This document shows, piece by piece, positions 25,108 to 36,730 of a stretch of 64,000 nucleotides of DNA. The DNA lies in NCBI GenBank assembly GCA_951406725.2, contig OX597839.1, positions 2,666,001 through 2,730,000 of the forward strand, read 5' to 3'. The position numbers and the translations under genes were made by a program. The notes below the pieces were generated by a model. The model saw nothing but the letters and a program-made list of their open reading frames with translations, did no database searches and was not told the DNA's origin. How positions within the stretch are numbered: the stretch's first letter is position 1; the number at the start of each line of letters is the position of its first letter. Source of the stretch: Octopus vulgaris (lineage: Eukaryota).

Positions 25108-26916
25108 CTAGCTGACGTACCTGGTAATTCCAAGGAAAGCAGGGCTTATCCCTTGGTTCTGTTCTCATAATTGTTTCGCTAATCCAACAAAAAAAATACA
25201 AAGTATGTAGCCCTTAAAACGGTTTTTGTGCATTTACAGAGAATACCCAACTGTCTTACACAGGATCTTGTTTTTAGGAATTCCCAATAAGTTATGAATA
25301 CCCAAATTGTGAAGTCAGTTATGTAATAACATGAAATTAGTTACCCAATAGTAAGAATTCAAATAAAGTAGTCCCCAAAAGGGCTTTAATGCATTCCCAG
25401 AGTATATAGAACATAGGAGGAAATACTAATAAGTTATGTATACAAACATCGTGAAGTATGTTACTTAATAACAGACTAATCAGATATGAAATAATAACAA
25501 TTCAAAGTAAATAACTCTGAAAAGGGCTTTTGTGCATTCCCATAGAATATTTAACCTCAGGGACGCTAGTGTTGAAATAGATTTATAATGAATGTAGACA
25601 CAATAGGCGTGGGAGTGGCTGTGTGGTAAGTAGCTTGCTAACCAACCACATGGTTCTGGGTTCAGTCCCACTGCGTGGCATCTTGGGCAAGTGTCTTCTG
25701 CTATAGCCCCGGGCCGACCAATGCCTTGTGAGTGGATTTGGTAGACGGAAACTGAAAGAAGCCTGTCGTATATATGTATATATATATGTGTGTGTGTATG
25801 TCTGTGTTTGTCCCCCTAGCATTGCTTGACAACCGATTCTGGTGTGTTTACGTCTCCATCACTTAGCGGTTCGGCAAAAGAGACCGATAGAATAAGTACT
25901 GGGCTTACAAAGAATAAGTCCCGGGGTCGATTTGCTTGACTAAAGGCGGTGCTCCAGCATGACCGCAGTCAAATGACTGAAACATGTAAAAGAAAAAAAA
26001 AAGAAGTAAAAGAACACTGACTTTTAATTTTACAGTAAACATACAAATAAATTTGCATATAGATTTTAAAATAAAATAACATGCAGATTAGCAATACATT
26101 TATAAAACTTACAAATATTACAGTTAAATGATAAATGCCTGATGATTTGGTGAATCTTATTAAGCTTGCAGAGCTTCTTGATAAACAACATAGTTGGTCT
26201 TTCCTTGTAGGGCAGAAATAAACAAATGATTAGGATAGCCGACTCTTGAACATTCCACATAAAGTTGGCCATGGGAGAAAACTGGTTCCATAAGATTCAG
26301 ACCTATCATGTTCAAGGACTGCACCTGGGCCTTGTAAATACTCATTGCAAAGCTCAGTTTCAATGGGAATTGCAGGTGTTTGTACTGGAATGAATACAGG
26401 CTCACTGCTTGCTTTACCAATCTCCAAGACTGTTAGCATCATCTTCTTTATTATAAGTCATGTGCCCTTGCAAAGCTTTGGTGGATCAAGGTTTCGAAGC
26501 AGCTTAACTGGTGCCCCAATCTTGAGGTGCAAGTTGTGAGGTGGGAGGCCAGGTGGTGTTAGACTATTCAAGAATTCAACTGGATAATTCACAGCTTCAT
26601 CCATCTTGAGAACAGTGTCAATGAAATTGTAAATGTGACTTTCACCTGGCAGCTGTTCCAGAAGTTTAAAGTTCAAATCATCAAGTGCCACATTCTTTGG
26701 AGCTAAAATGGCATAGGTTTTCAACCACTTGTGGTCTGTAAACTGATTCTTCAGGTTAGGAAACATCTTATTCATTAGTTCCATTAAATCAGATACCATA
26801 TGTCCAGAAGGCAAGCTGACCCAGCCATCCTTCTCGCCAACCGAAGTGCCATTACCGACGCCCAACAGTTGCTTTGAAAAGGTTCTGTCTGCATCATCAC
26901 CACTGAGCTGCAATCT
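25108..26916 (-). mobile_element. Decayed Helitron, 3' part with PIF1-like helicase and intact 3' terminus
   Basis: AILAPKN, YPVEFLNSLTPPGLPPHNLHLKIGAPVKLLRNLDPPKLC, QFPLKLSFAMSIYKAQVQSL, VFSHGQLYVECSRV with stops and frameshifts; subterminal hairpin and CTAG|T end at 25108; SINE-A inserted at 25605-25995. Confidence 0.93.
25605..25995 (+). mobile_element. SINE-A copy nested in Helitron
   Basis: Full-length homologue. Confidence 0.9.
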
Positions 26917-27112
26917 CATCATCATCATCATTTAACGTCCGTTTTCCATGCTGGCATGGGTTGGGCGGTTTGACTGAGGTCTGGCAAGCCAGGAGGCTGC
27001 ACCAGGCTCCAGTCTGATCTGGCAGTGTTTCTACAGCTGGATGTCCTTCCTAACGTCAACCACTCTGTGATGCTAGCATGGAAAATGGACGTTAAACAAT
27101 GATGATGATGAT
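26917..27112. mobile_element. Two back-to-back RTE 3' tails
   Basis: (CAT)5TTAACGTCC.. minus-strand tail to ~27066, joined to plus-strand ..GGACGTTAAAC(GAT)n at ~27070-27112. Other tails at 1700-1845, 7910-8310, 8610-8780, 43470-43800, 54800-55160 and 63660-64000. Confidence 0.8.
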
Positions 27113-27430
27113 TGGTGTGTGTTTGTCGTGTTGTTAGCTAATTCCTCCTACATCGTTTTATTGATTTTGATGAAACTTGACACATGAATATGTCTGGAAA
27201 CCTCATAACATACTTAGACTGTCAAAAAAATTGATAATACGACCCCTGGAAGGGATCTTTATATCTACCTCATATAACTAATTTTTTTAAAAACACCCAA
27301 GGAAAATAACCCGTATCACCTGCACAATATTTTTTAAACACTCAAGGGAAATAATCCATAGCACCTGCACTTACAGTTGTTAGTTTTTAGCGAAGCGATC
27401 AATATTTGATTTTCACGATCATCGGACCTA
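27113..27430 (+). mobile_element. 5' fragment of the same Helitron family
   Basis: Aligns by eye to ~48686-48900 (GTTGTTAGCTAA..TTTTATTGATTTTGATGAAA..CTGGAAACCTC..CCCCTGGAAGGGATC). Confidence 0.8.
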
Positions 27431-27443
27431 ATTCTGCATTTCA

Positions 27444-27700
27444 CTACTCACAGTTTTGAACTGCTTCACCAGTTGGGACTTTGGTGAATAGACTTATCCC
27501 ATCTAGACTCACCATCAGGTTGGATTTAATGGGAGTACCCTTGATCAGTTTTGTGAAGTAGGTGGAATTCTTCATGTATGATGTTGACTTTCCTGCTAAT
27601 GGACTGATTATATCCACAAGGAAGCGGCTCAGTGGATGACATGCTGAACCTCTGATACTCACTATAGGTCTTATAATGGGAGGCAAGGTTCACGATATCG
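27444..27700 (-). mobile_element. Penelope-like element RT fragment
   Basis: IRPIVS..GSACHPLSRFL..KNS..MVSLDGISLFTKVP matches PLE RT motifs (RPIVS; SLDVxSLFTxVP). Confidence 0.8.
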
Positions 27701-27829
27701 GATGAATATTGTCTTCTCCCATTAGAATTGTTCTTTGTGTTGTTTCAGGCTCCAGCAGGCAAGAAAAGAAGTAAAAATGCAATTCATAACCAGTTTATTT
27801 ACAAGTTACACAGAATAGATGAAGTGTAA

Positions 27830-29900
27830 TGCTCTCAGTATACCATCTCAAGCTGTGTGCATCTCGTATCTCCATTAACGCGGGCCCATTGCCTCTGGAG
27901 ATATGGCATACAGACAGGACTAGCCTGGGTGGTACCGTAAAGGAGTTCAGCAGAGGAGAAACCTAGGTCTGCTTTTACATCAGTGTGACAACTAAGAAGA
28001 ATGATAGGTAGGAATTCTGTCCAAGACTGTAGGTCAGGAGTGGCACGTAGAGTGGCCTTCAGTTGCCTGTGAAAACATTTGACCATCCTGTTGGAGGCTG
28101 GGTGGTAGCTGGTCGTACGTATGTGATGAATGCCTAGGATACATGATAATTCATGATATATATTTCTTTATTGCCCACAAGGGGCTAAACATAGAGGGGA
28201 CAAACAAGGACAGACAAAGGGATTAAGTCGATTACATCGACCCCCAGTGTGAAACTGGTACTTTATTTATCGACCCCGAAAGGATGAAAGGCAAAGTCGA
28301 CCACTGAGCTGCAATCTCATCATCATCATTTAACATATGGTATCTGATATAGGGAAGCCTCAAACTGGTATCTGCAATCAGTGGCTATTTTAGCTGGGAC
28401 ACCAAAACAAGCAATCCAGTTAGAAACAAAAGCTGAAACAACTGACTCAGTGGAAATGTCCACTATTGGAATGGCCTCTGGCCAATGAGAGAAACGATCA
28501 ATGCATGTCAATATGTAAGAGAAACCGCAACTGACAGGCCATGGTCCAACCAGATCAATGTGGACATGGTGAAAGTGAGCCCTTGGAGGAGAAAACTGTC
28601 CAAGAGGAGCGCGAATACGCCTGTGGATTTTAGAACGCTGGCATTTTACACAACAGCATGCCCAATCAGTGATCATCCGGTGCATATTAGGCCAGAAAAA
28701 CCGAGCCATAATAAGCTTCACCAAGGCAGCGATGCCAGGATGTGACAGTGAATGCAAGGCATCAAAAACAGAGCACTGGTGGTTCTCGGGTTCAAATGGT
28801 CTGGGAGAACTTCAGCAGACGGAAGTGTAAGATAGGCAAACTTGCAACAGGACAACTTGGTAGAAGCTAAATCTAAAGTGTCCAGAGTTGGCTGATTCTG
28901 CACAATGGCAGTTAAATTGATTGCAGCAGGAGATGAAAGGGAGCACACAGGAAGATGAGAGAGTGTATTAGCAGGCATGTTCTCTGTTCCAGGCATGTAC
29001 GGAATGTCACTCGTGAACTGGGAAATGTAGTCCAGATGACGAAAAGCACAAGGCAAGTGTTTGTCCGATTTAGATGACAGAGCAAATGTAAGAGGCTTGT
29101 GATCAGTATAAATTACAAAATCTTGGCCCTCGAGTTGATATTGAAAATGAACTGACAAGTAGATCACCAAGAGCTCGTGATCAAATGTACTGTACTGATG
29201 TTCAGCTGGCTTTAATTGAAGAGAAAAGAATGCCAAAGGTTTAGTCTGATTGTCTACGGCAGTGGTTTTTAACCAGGGTTCCGCGGAACCTTAGGGTTCC
29301 GCCAGTACAGTCCAGGGGTTCCGCAAGAAGTTACAAAACTGCTAAAATCAGCAGTAATTTTTAATTCTCCTGTGCAGATATGTGTGCATAAGACTATTAA
29401 ATTATTGCACAGGGGTTCCTCGAGCCAGTGGAATGTTTCCTTGGGGTTCTGCTCCAGCAAAAAGTTTGAAAAGCACTGGTCTATGGTATGCTGCAAAACA
29501 GCACCAGCCACAGAATCCAATGCATCAACGGTTAAAGAGGGAGGAGCATCCGGAACCGGATGTGCAAGCAAAGGAACAGAAGCTATTTCTATCTTGATTG
29601 ACTCAAAAGCAGATAATTCCTTGGCAGATAAAGTAATAGGAGAATTCCTTTTTGTATTAGCTTTCAATAACTGAGTCAAGGGAAGTAACTTGTCTGCACA
29701 ATCACGAATGAATCGTCTGCAGAAGTTGACGACTCCCCAAAAATGGCAGAGTTGGCGTAGTGAAGTGGGGGGTGCGATGCACTGAATGGCATCGACTTTG
29801 GAAGTGAGAGGTCTGATATCATTTGAATTGATATAATGCCCCAGGAATTCCAGAGAGGACTGCCCCAAAATACACTTATCGGGGTTTCTCCTACATGCAC
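27830..29900 (-). mobile_element. Decayed Ty3/Gypsy LTR retrotransposon pol (RT-RNaseH-integrase)
   Basis: NPDKC..LEFLGH, LTVDA, YSTFDHELL..YTDHKPL, H..HPG..C..CQ zinc finger, HIDLVGP..LTCIDRFS, YHPASN..FHRQLK, in Gypsy order with many frameshifts. LTRs not seen. Confidence 0.92.
29260..29478. mobile_element. hAT (Buster-type) MITE inserted in Gypsy pol
   Basis: TIRs CAGTGGTTTTTAA / TTGAAAAGCACTG; 8-bp TSD GTCTACGG / GTCTATGG with central TA. Confidence 0.85.
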
Positions 29901-30169
29901 TCCTATTAGCAAATGAAACATGTGTAATAGTGAATAAATAAGACCAAAACATTTTCCAATCTCTCGTTTTGATGTGTATGTGTGTGTTTGTACTTATAAC
30001 TTTTATCTTTTATGTGGCCATGCTGAGAATTTTTTGTGGCCATGCTGAAGAATTTCTAGTCAAATAAATCAATCCCCAAATTTATTTTCTCTTTTTCAAG
30101 CCTGGTACTTATTCTGTTGGTCACTTTTGTCAAACTACTAAGTTACGCTATCTTTTGGAAGGGGAAAAA

Positions 30170-30545
30170 ATCCTAATGAACCATGCATCTCACGAGTTGG
30201 CCTGTGGACCAACCCAGACTCATCCCAACTGCTGTCCGTGAGCACCTGACAACTGTTCGGATCCCACTCATTCGGGACAGATTCCTTATGCTGAACTCTG
30301 TGTATGCCCCTACTCTCACATCTGAAGATGACATAAAGTGCTTCGTTCTACAACCTGACATTTCCCGTGCATAACAAACTTGTGTTGGTGGACCTTAACG
30401 GCAGAGTCAGCAGTGACCATTGTCTGTGGAATGGCATTCTTAGCCATCACAGCATTGGGAAATGCAATGCCAATGTCCAGTTCCTCCTGGACCTTTGTGC
30501 TGTGCATGAACTTGTCATGACCAACTCCTATTTCGTCTCTGTACC
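30170..30545 (+). mobile_element. RTE-like LINE apurinic endonuclease fragment
   Basis: SVYAPTL..., DLNGRV.., GKCNANVQFLLDLCAVHELVMTNSYF: AP-endonuclease motifs, frameshifted. Confidence 0.82.
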
Positions 30546-30660
30546 CGACTGAGTGGAAATAAAATGGAGAGAGAAAGAAAAAAGAAACGAAGAGAGAAAA
30601 AATGTGCAGGGGAATATTGGTTGAACATGATGAAATGGCCTGAAGAAAGGTTATATATAA

Positions 30661-31070
30661 AGGCGTAGGAGTGGCTGTGTGGTAAGTAGCTTGCTTACCA
30701 ACCACATGGTTCCAGGTTCAGTCCCACTGCGTGGCACCTTGGGCAAGTGTCTTCTACTATAGCCTCGGGCCGACCAAAGCCTTGTGAGTGGATTTGGTAG
30801 ACGGAAACTGAAAGAAGACCGTCGTATATATGTATATATATATGTATATGTGTGTGTGCGTGTATGTTTGTGTTTGTCCCCCTAGCATCGCTTGACAACC
30901 GATGCTGGTGTGTTTACGTCCCCGTCACTTAGTGGTTCGGCAAAAGAGACCGATAGAATAAGTACTGGGCTAACAAAGAATAAGTCCCGGGGACGAGTTG
31001 CTCGATTAAAGGTGGTGCTCAAGCATGGCCGCAGTCAAATGACTGAAACAAGTAAAAGAGAAAAAGAGAG
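30661..31070 (+). mobile_element. SINE-A copy
   Basis: Full-length homologue. Confidence 0.9.
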
Positions 31071-31380
31071 AGTATATATAGTACCTCATTTTCAATTGCC
31101 TACCACCTCAATACACTTGACTTATATAGGCAGATTGAGTTATTAATTTCCATAGGCTGAAACAGCTGTAAGTGATTTTAATACTTTATATTCATATTTT
31201 TTAATAACTACTTGTATTCTTATCTTATATCTTATATCTTATATCTTATATGCATTGAATTTTATACTGTATATATGTATGTTATTATGATTGTTGTTTT
31301 GATAAATAAATAAGTCAACATTTTAATATCCTAAAGCTGATGACCCAACTAATATGCTTCTCCATTTTCTTATTTGTAAT

Positions 31381-31414
<34 letters not shown>

Positions 31415-31547
31415 CTGTAAATGTGATATGTGACAATTATTCGGTATTATTCGGTAATAATTGTCACATATTACATTTACAGATAAATTCCTCTATTTAC
31501 ATAATATCAAGGTCTTTTTCTTTCTTTTGTTATCTTACCATTTTTAC

Positions 31548-31603
<56 letters not shown>

Positions 31604-31638
31604 ATATATAAACATATATATATACATATGTATATCTA

Positions 31639-31690
<52 letters not shown>

Positions 31691-31889
31691 CATATATACA
31701 TAAATACATATATATATATATATAACAATACAAACTGGGACAAGAACGCAAAACATTTAGAAGACGATACAAAAAACACGGACGGGACATTCAAAGCCTT
31801 CAATCTTCAGTCAAGAACCGGATCATCCTTGCAATTTCGGCTGATTATATATATATATACATACATATCCATAAATACACATATATATA

Positions 31890-32168
31890 TCACACGTGAT
31901 CACGTGACCGACCAGTCCATCAGATGTTGCTACATATCGCTGGTCACAATGCGTTCGCATTGTTTTAGCCTTCGAATGACGCCACTCTGCTGGCTAACAG
32001 AAGAAAGAGTGGTGAAAGAGTACAGTAGGGATCACCACCCCCTGCTGGAGCCTCGTGGAGCTTTTAGGTATTTTCGCTCAATAAACACTCACAATGCCCG
32101 GTCTGGGAATCGAAACCGCGATCCTACGACCGCGAGTCCGCTGCCCTAACCACTGGGCCATTGCGCCT
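31890..32168 (-). mobile_element. SINE-C (tRNA-headed)
   Basis: Minus-strand head GCGCAATGGCCCAGTGGTTAGGGCAGCGGACTCGCGG..GGTTTCGATTCCC followed by a non-tRNA body. Confidence 0.8.
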
Positions 32169-32192
32169 ACACACACACACACACATACATAC

Positions 32193-32259
<67 letters not shown>

Positions 32260-32733
32260 GATAGATAGATAGTTGTACACATACCTTTCTATCTACACAC
32301 TCACATACATTTGGGTCTCTCCCCAAATGTACCCATGTCAGTCTACATATTCACCCTGCCCCTACCTCTTTGAATCTCTTTCATTACTCCCCTATTCATC
32401 TTTTTATTACTCATCTCTCCATCACACTTCCTCCCTCCGCTCATCCTATTTTTTTCTTCTTTTTTTTTTATTTACTGTATTATTCTGCCGGGTGTCACTG
32501 AGGATGGCAGTACCTGATACCCCATACTATCACCCGTTTCTATAGTGCCAGTCATTTGTCCCTCCTTCTCTCTCTCGTTCTTTTCTTTCTGTACGTTTGT
32601 GCGGTCGTATTTTTGTGTGTGTATGTATGCATGTATGTACGTATATAAGCATTTATATGTAGCTAATGTATGTGTATGTATGAATGTACGCATGTATAGA
32701 GATATACACGCGTATAGATAGACAGATAGATAT

Positions 32734-32802
<69 letters not shown>

Positions 32803-35589
32803 TAGAGAGAGAGAGAGAGAGTGAGAGAGCGAGAGAGATACTAAAAAAATCATATTCGGCGACTTATATAGAATGTTTGCCTCATAGTTCTTATGTTTTG
32901 ATTTCTCTTTTCCTGTTTGTACCACCAAATCTATCCTTCGCTCTCTCTCTCTCTCTCTCTCTCTCCGCGTGTGTGTGCGTGCATGCATGCGTATATGTGT
33001 GCGTGCGCGTGTTCATATATATATATATATATATATATGTATGCGGACACATACATACATACATACGTACACACACATTATATATGCATGTATGTACGTA
33101 CGCACATATATGCGTAAGCAAAAATGTGTTTAATAAGTCAGTAATAGTTTATGATTTAGGATAAAAAGCTAGAAATTAGGGGAGAAACACTCTAATGTCG
33201 ATTTAATGAACTTTTCGACTTAAATGTGGTAAAAAGAAGAAGAAAAAAAAAGGAAATCACAGGGGTGGATGATAAGTAACAAACCCTCTCCGTTACCATG
33301 TTGAAATAAACAACGGCGCGATTTGAACTCATAATGCGAAGGATCATTATTGAATTAAATTACCGTAAACTATTTTACTCTGCTGCCTCACCTATACACC
33401 CACCCCTAGCGCCCAGCAATAAGCAATTCGATAATGGTTCAGAGATTTTTTGGTGAAAGTGTAGGGTGAAGTAAATCAAAGTATAGTACTCTTTTTTATC
33501 TACTGTTGCTGGAATTTTAGCTAGGAGCGTAAAGGTCCATAATTAAATACTGTCATATTTTTTAGTCAGACTCTTATTACTGCATCGCCCTAGCAATAAT
33601 AGCTCTTAACACAATGATAATGTGATAACGAAGAATAAAGTAAAAGATACCAAGTCAGTTTTTATATACACCCTTTGAATGACAACTGCAAAATATTTTC
33701 CACTAAACTTGTATTCTTCTAATCTTTTATTCCTTACGTTCATGAAATACCAATCAGTGCCTCAGTTCTTTTTGTATTTTATATTCATGTTGATTCCATT
33801 CCTTCTTTTGTTAGTTTATCATTCTTACTCCATTGGATGACAACTGCAAATGTTTTTTTTAAACTCATATTCTTTCATTCGTTTATCCTCTAACGTTCTC
33901 AAAACATGAATCAGTGCTTAAGTATGATATTTTCACTTTATTCCTTTATTCTGTTATGGTATTCTTTCATTCTTTCTTACTCATGTCATGTTTGTTACTC
34001 ACCCTAGTCAATGCAGACATCGTCAATAACAGCAGTAGTAGTAGTTATAGTAGTTGTTGTTGTTGTTGTGGGTAAGAGCTGATAGGAGGTGCACAGAAAT
34101 ACTGATCATTTGCTTTTTGTTTTTGCTCGGCTCTCCTCTACTCTGCTTCATTATTTAAATAAAACAAAGCAAAGACAGAGGTCCTCCTCAATCCATCGGC
34201 AAACCCACCCCCTCAAAACTGAAATAAAATAACACAAAAAACAACCAGCCCCCAAACCCCAAAACAAAGAAGAAATAATTAGACCCTGTTCCCTTTCCCG
34301 CAGATCCGTTCCATAGGAAATATGAGTAATATCGACTAGGAATATAATTATAGTAAGCTACCATCATTGGTGAATGTTTAAGAATCGTTTATTAACTTTG
34401 ATATTGAACATAGAGAGGATGATGACGGCGGTGATGGTAGTGTTGGGAACGAAATAAAATATAAAGGAAGAATAGAAAAAACTGATTAGTACGAAAAGTG
34501 TTTCCGTAGTTAAGTTTCGCATGTTTTTACTGTCTTAGTTTTAATTCATATGCCGGTCGTTACGGCTGTTGTCATTGTTGTTGCCTCGTCCCCTCTCTAT
34601 CTTCATTCCTAACCATGGCCAACCCTAATTAAGCAGCAGCCCTCGATCGCATATTCTTCCTAGTACTGTCTTAAAAGAAGGCCTCACTGAATAGTACCCC
34701 GGGGGCCTCGCCGGTCTCGGGTCTAATTCTGATCTAGTTATGCTGTTGTTTGTTGTCAATAAATAAATACTATTGAGTCCATTATAGCAATTTGCTCAGG
34801 AGCCTACAAATTTGCCAAGACAGCTCTGATCCTTCATTTATTTTAACTCCGTATACTATTCTTTGAGCGAAATTTAACAAGTATTTGTCGGAGATCTAGC
34901 AACTGTTTCGAAGCAGACATTCTCCATTTTTCTCTCTATCTCAACAAGCTTACAACTGCTACTGGTGTTACATCTGTACTATTACTAATAACGGGAAGGG
35001 GGTAAGGCGGTGAGTTGGCAGAATCGTTAGCACGTCGGACAAAAATGCTTACCGGCCCGTCTTTCGACTCTTTGCGTCCTAAGTTCAAATTCCGCCAGTG
35101 TCAAATTTGCCCTTCATCGTTTCGGGGGCTGATAAAATAAGTACCAATTGAATATTCGATTAGCTTTCTCCCCACAATTTCAGCCTTGTACCTTTGATAG
35201 AAAGACTGCAAGCTAGCCAGAATCGTTAGCAAGCCGGGCAAAATGCTTGGCGGCATTTCGTCCGTCTTTAGTTCAAATTCCACCGACATCGATTTTTGCC
35301 TTTCATCCTTTCGGGGTCGATAAAATAAATACGAATTAAGCACTGGGGCCAATGTAATTGTTACTCCCTCAAAATTGTTGGCCCTGTGCCAAAATTTGAA
35401 ACCATCAATATTATTATTGATAAATAGTGGAAGTGGTCATGTTATAACTGTAGTTATTACTAGTAGTGTTGATGGCAATGGTATTACTACTGTTACAACT
35501 TTACAATTAGTAAAGCGGTGGTGGTAGAAGCGGTAATGGTACTACTGCTGTTAGTGATACACAACTACTTCTGTTGCTGCTGCTGTCTT

Positions 35590-35726
35590 TACTCTCTCAC
35601 CAACCGCTCTACTCCAAATTCGTTTCGGTGGCTCCATTCCACATTTTGGTAGCAACTGGCTGCCTAAGCAGTCGGGCAAAAATTCACTGAGACGCCATTT
35701 TAGTTAGTTTGTTTTTGCCCTCTGGA
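35590..35726 (+). promoter_or_regulatory. dvl proximal promoter/5'UTR with YY1-like motif
   Basis: Non-repetitive, CpG-containing sequence directly upstream of the ATG; CGCCATTTT (YY1 consensus) at 35693-35701. Confidence 0.5.
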
Positions 35727-35887
35727 ATGGAGGAGACGAAGATTATTTACCACATTGACGACGAGGATACTCCTTACCTAATTAAGCTCCCTATTGCTGC
35801 CGATCGAGTAACGCTCGGGGATTTTAAAAATGCCCTCAACAGACCCAATTTCAAATTTTTCTTTAAGTCTATGGACGACGACTTCGG
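35727..35887 (+). CDS. dvl: Dishevelled, first coding exon (N-terminal half of DIX domain)
   Basis: Translates to [54 protein letters not shown], the typical Dvl N-terminus. Strong start context GGAATGG. Ends at a canonical phase-2 donor GG|GTAAGT, matching the DxDFG|VVKEE first-intron position I recall from vertebrate DVL genes. Downstream exons not found. Confidence 0.96.
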
Positions 35888-36225
35888 GTAAGTGCCGAAT
35901 AGATTACATACATACAAACATACATACATGCATATATATACATGTATGTTCCTGTGTGTACATGCTTGCAAGCATATATACACACACACCCACATATATG
36001 CATGCATACATGTAATCGATCATATACATACATACATATATACACATGCATACATATAAATCATATATGTGTGTATACACACATACGAGTACATATGCAT
36101 GCACAAATATATACATCAGTACACACACACACACACACATATATATATACATATATACACAATTATAGGCCCAGACTAGCTTGTCGATGATGTGTCTACT
36201 AGAATAAAACATACATACATACATA

Positions 36226-36266
<41 letters not shown>

Positions 36267-36683
36267 CATACACACACATATATATATACATACATACACA
36301 CATATACACATACATACACATATACACATACATAGGCACATATACGTGTTGTTTTAAGAATATATTATCTACTTCATCTGTCTTTGTATCTTGTTTCTCG
36401 TGCTTGTTACAATATTTTCTCGCCAATTTTAGGAAATATGGCAAACATATTCCATTGTCATCTGGAAATTTATTATTGCCAACTCTGCACCGTATTTTCT
36501 GAACCTCTGTTCATTAATTCGATTTGAGATTGTCTTGTGTAAAGAAATACACACACACGCGCATAGAAATATATATGCGAGTGTATGTATGTGTTTTACA
36601 TATGTACGTGTATGCATTTATGTATGCACACGTATTTTACATTTGTATGTGCGTGTATATATGAGTGTGTGTATTTGTGCATT

Positions 36684-36730
<47 letters not shown>

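Noticed and set aside
26160-26931. Host PIF1 helicase gene
   Set aside because: Stops and frameshifts, no introns, Helitron hairpin-CTAG terminus; the MMMMM start comes from a (CAT)n LINE tail.
32095-32168. tRNA genes (also ~52280-52350 and SINE-A/B heads)
   Set aside because: The tRNA-like heads run into repeated SINE bodies and lack a closed acceptor stem.
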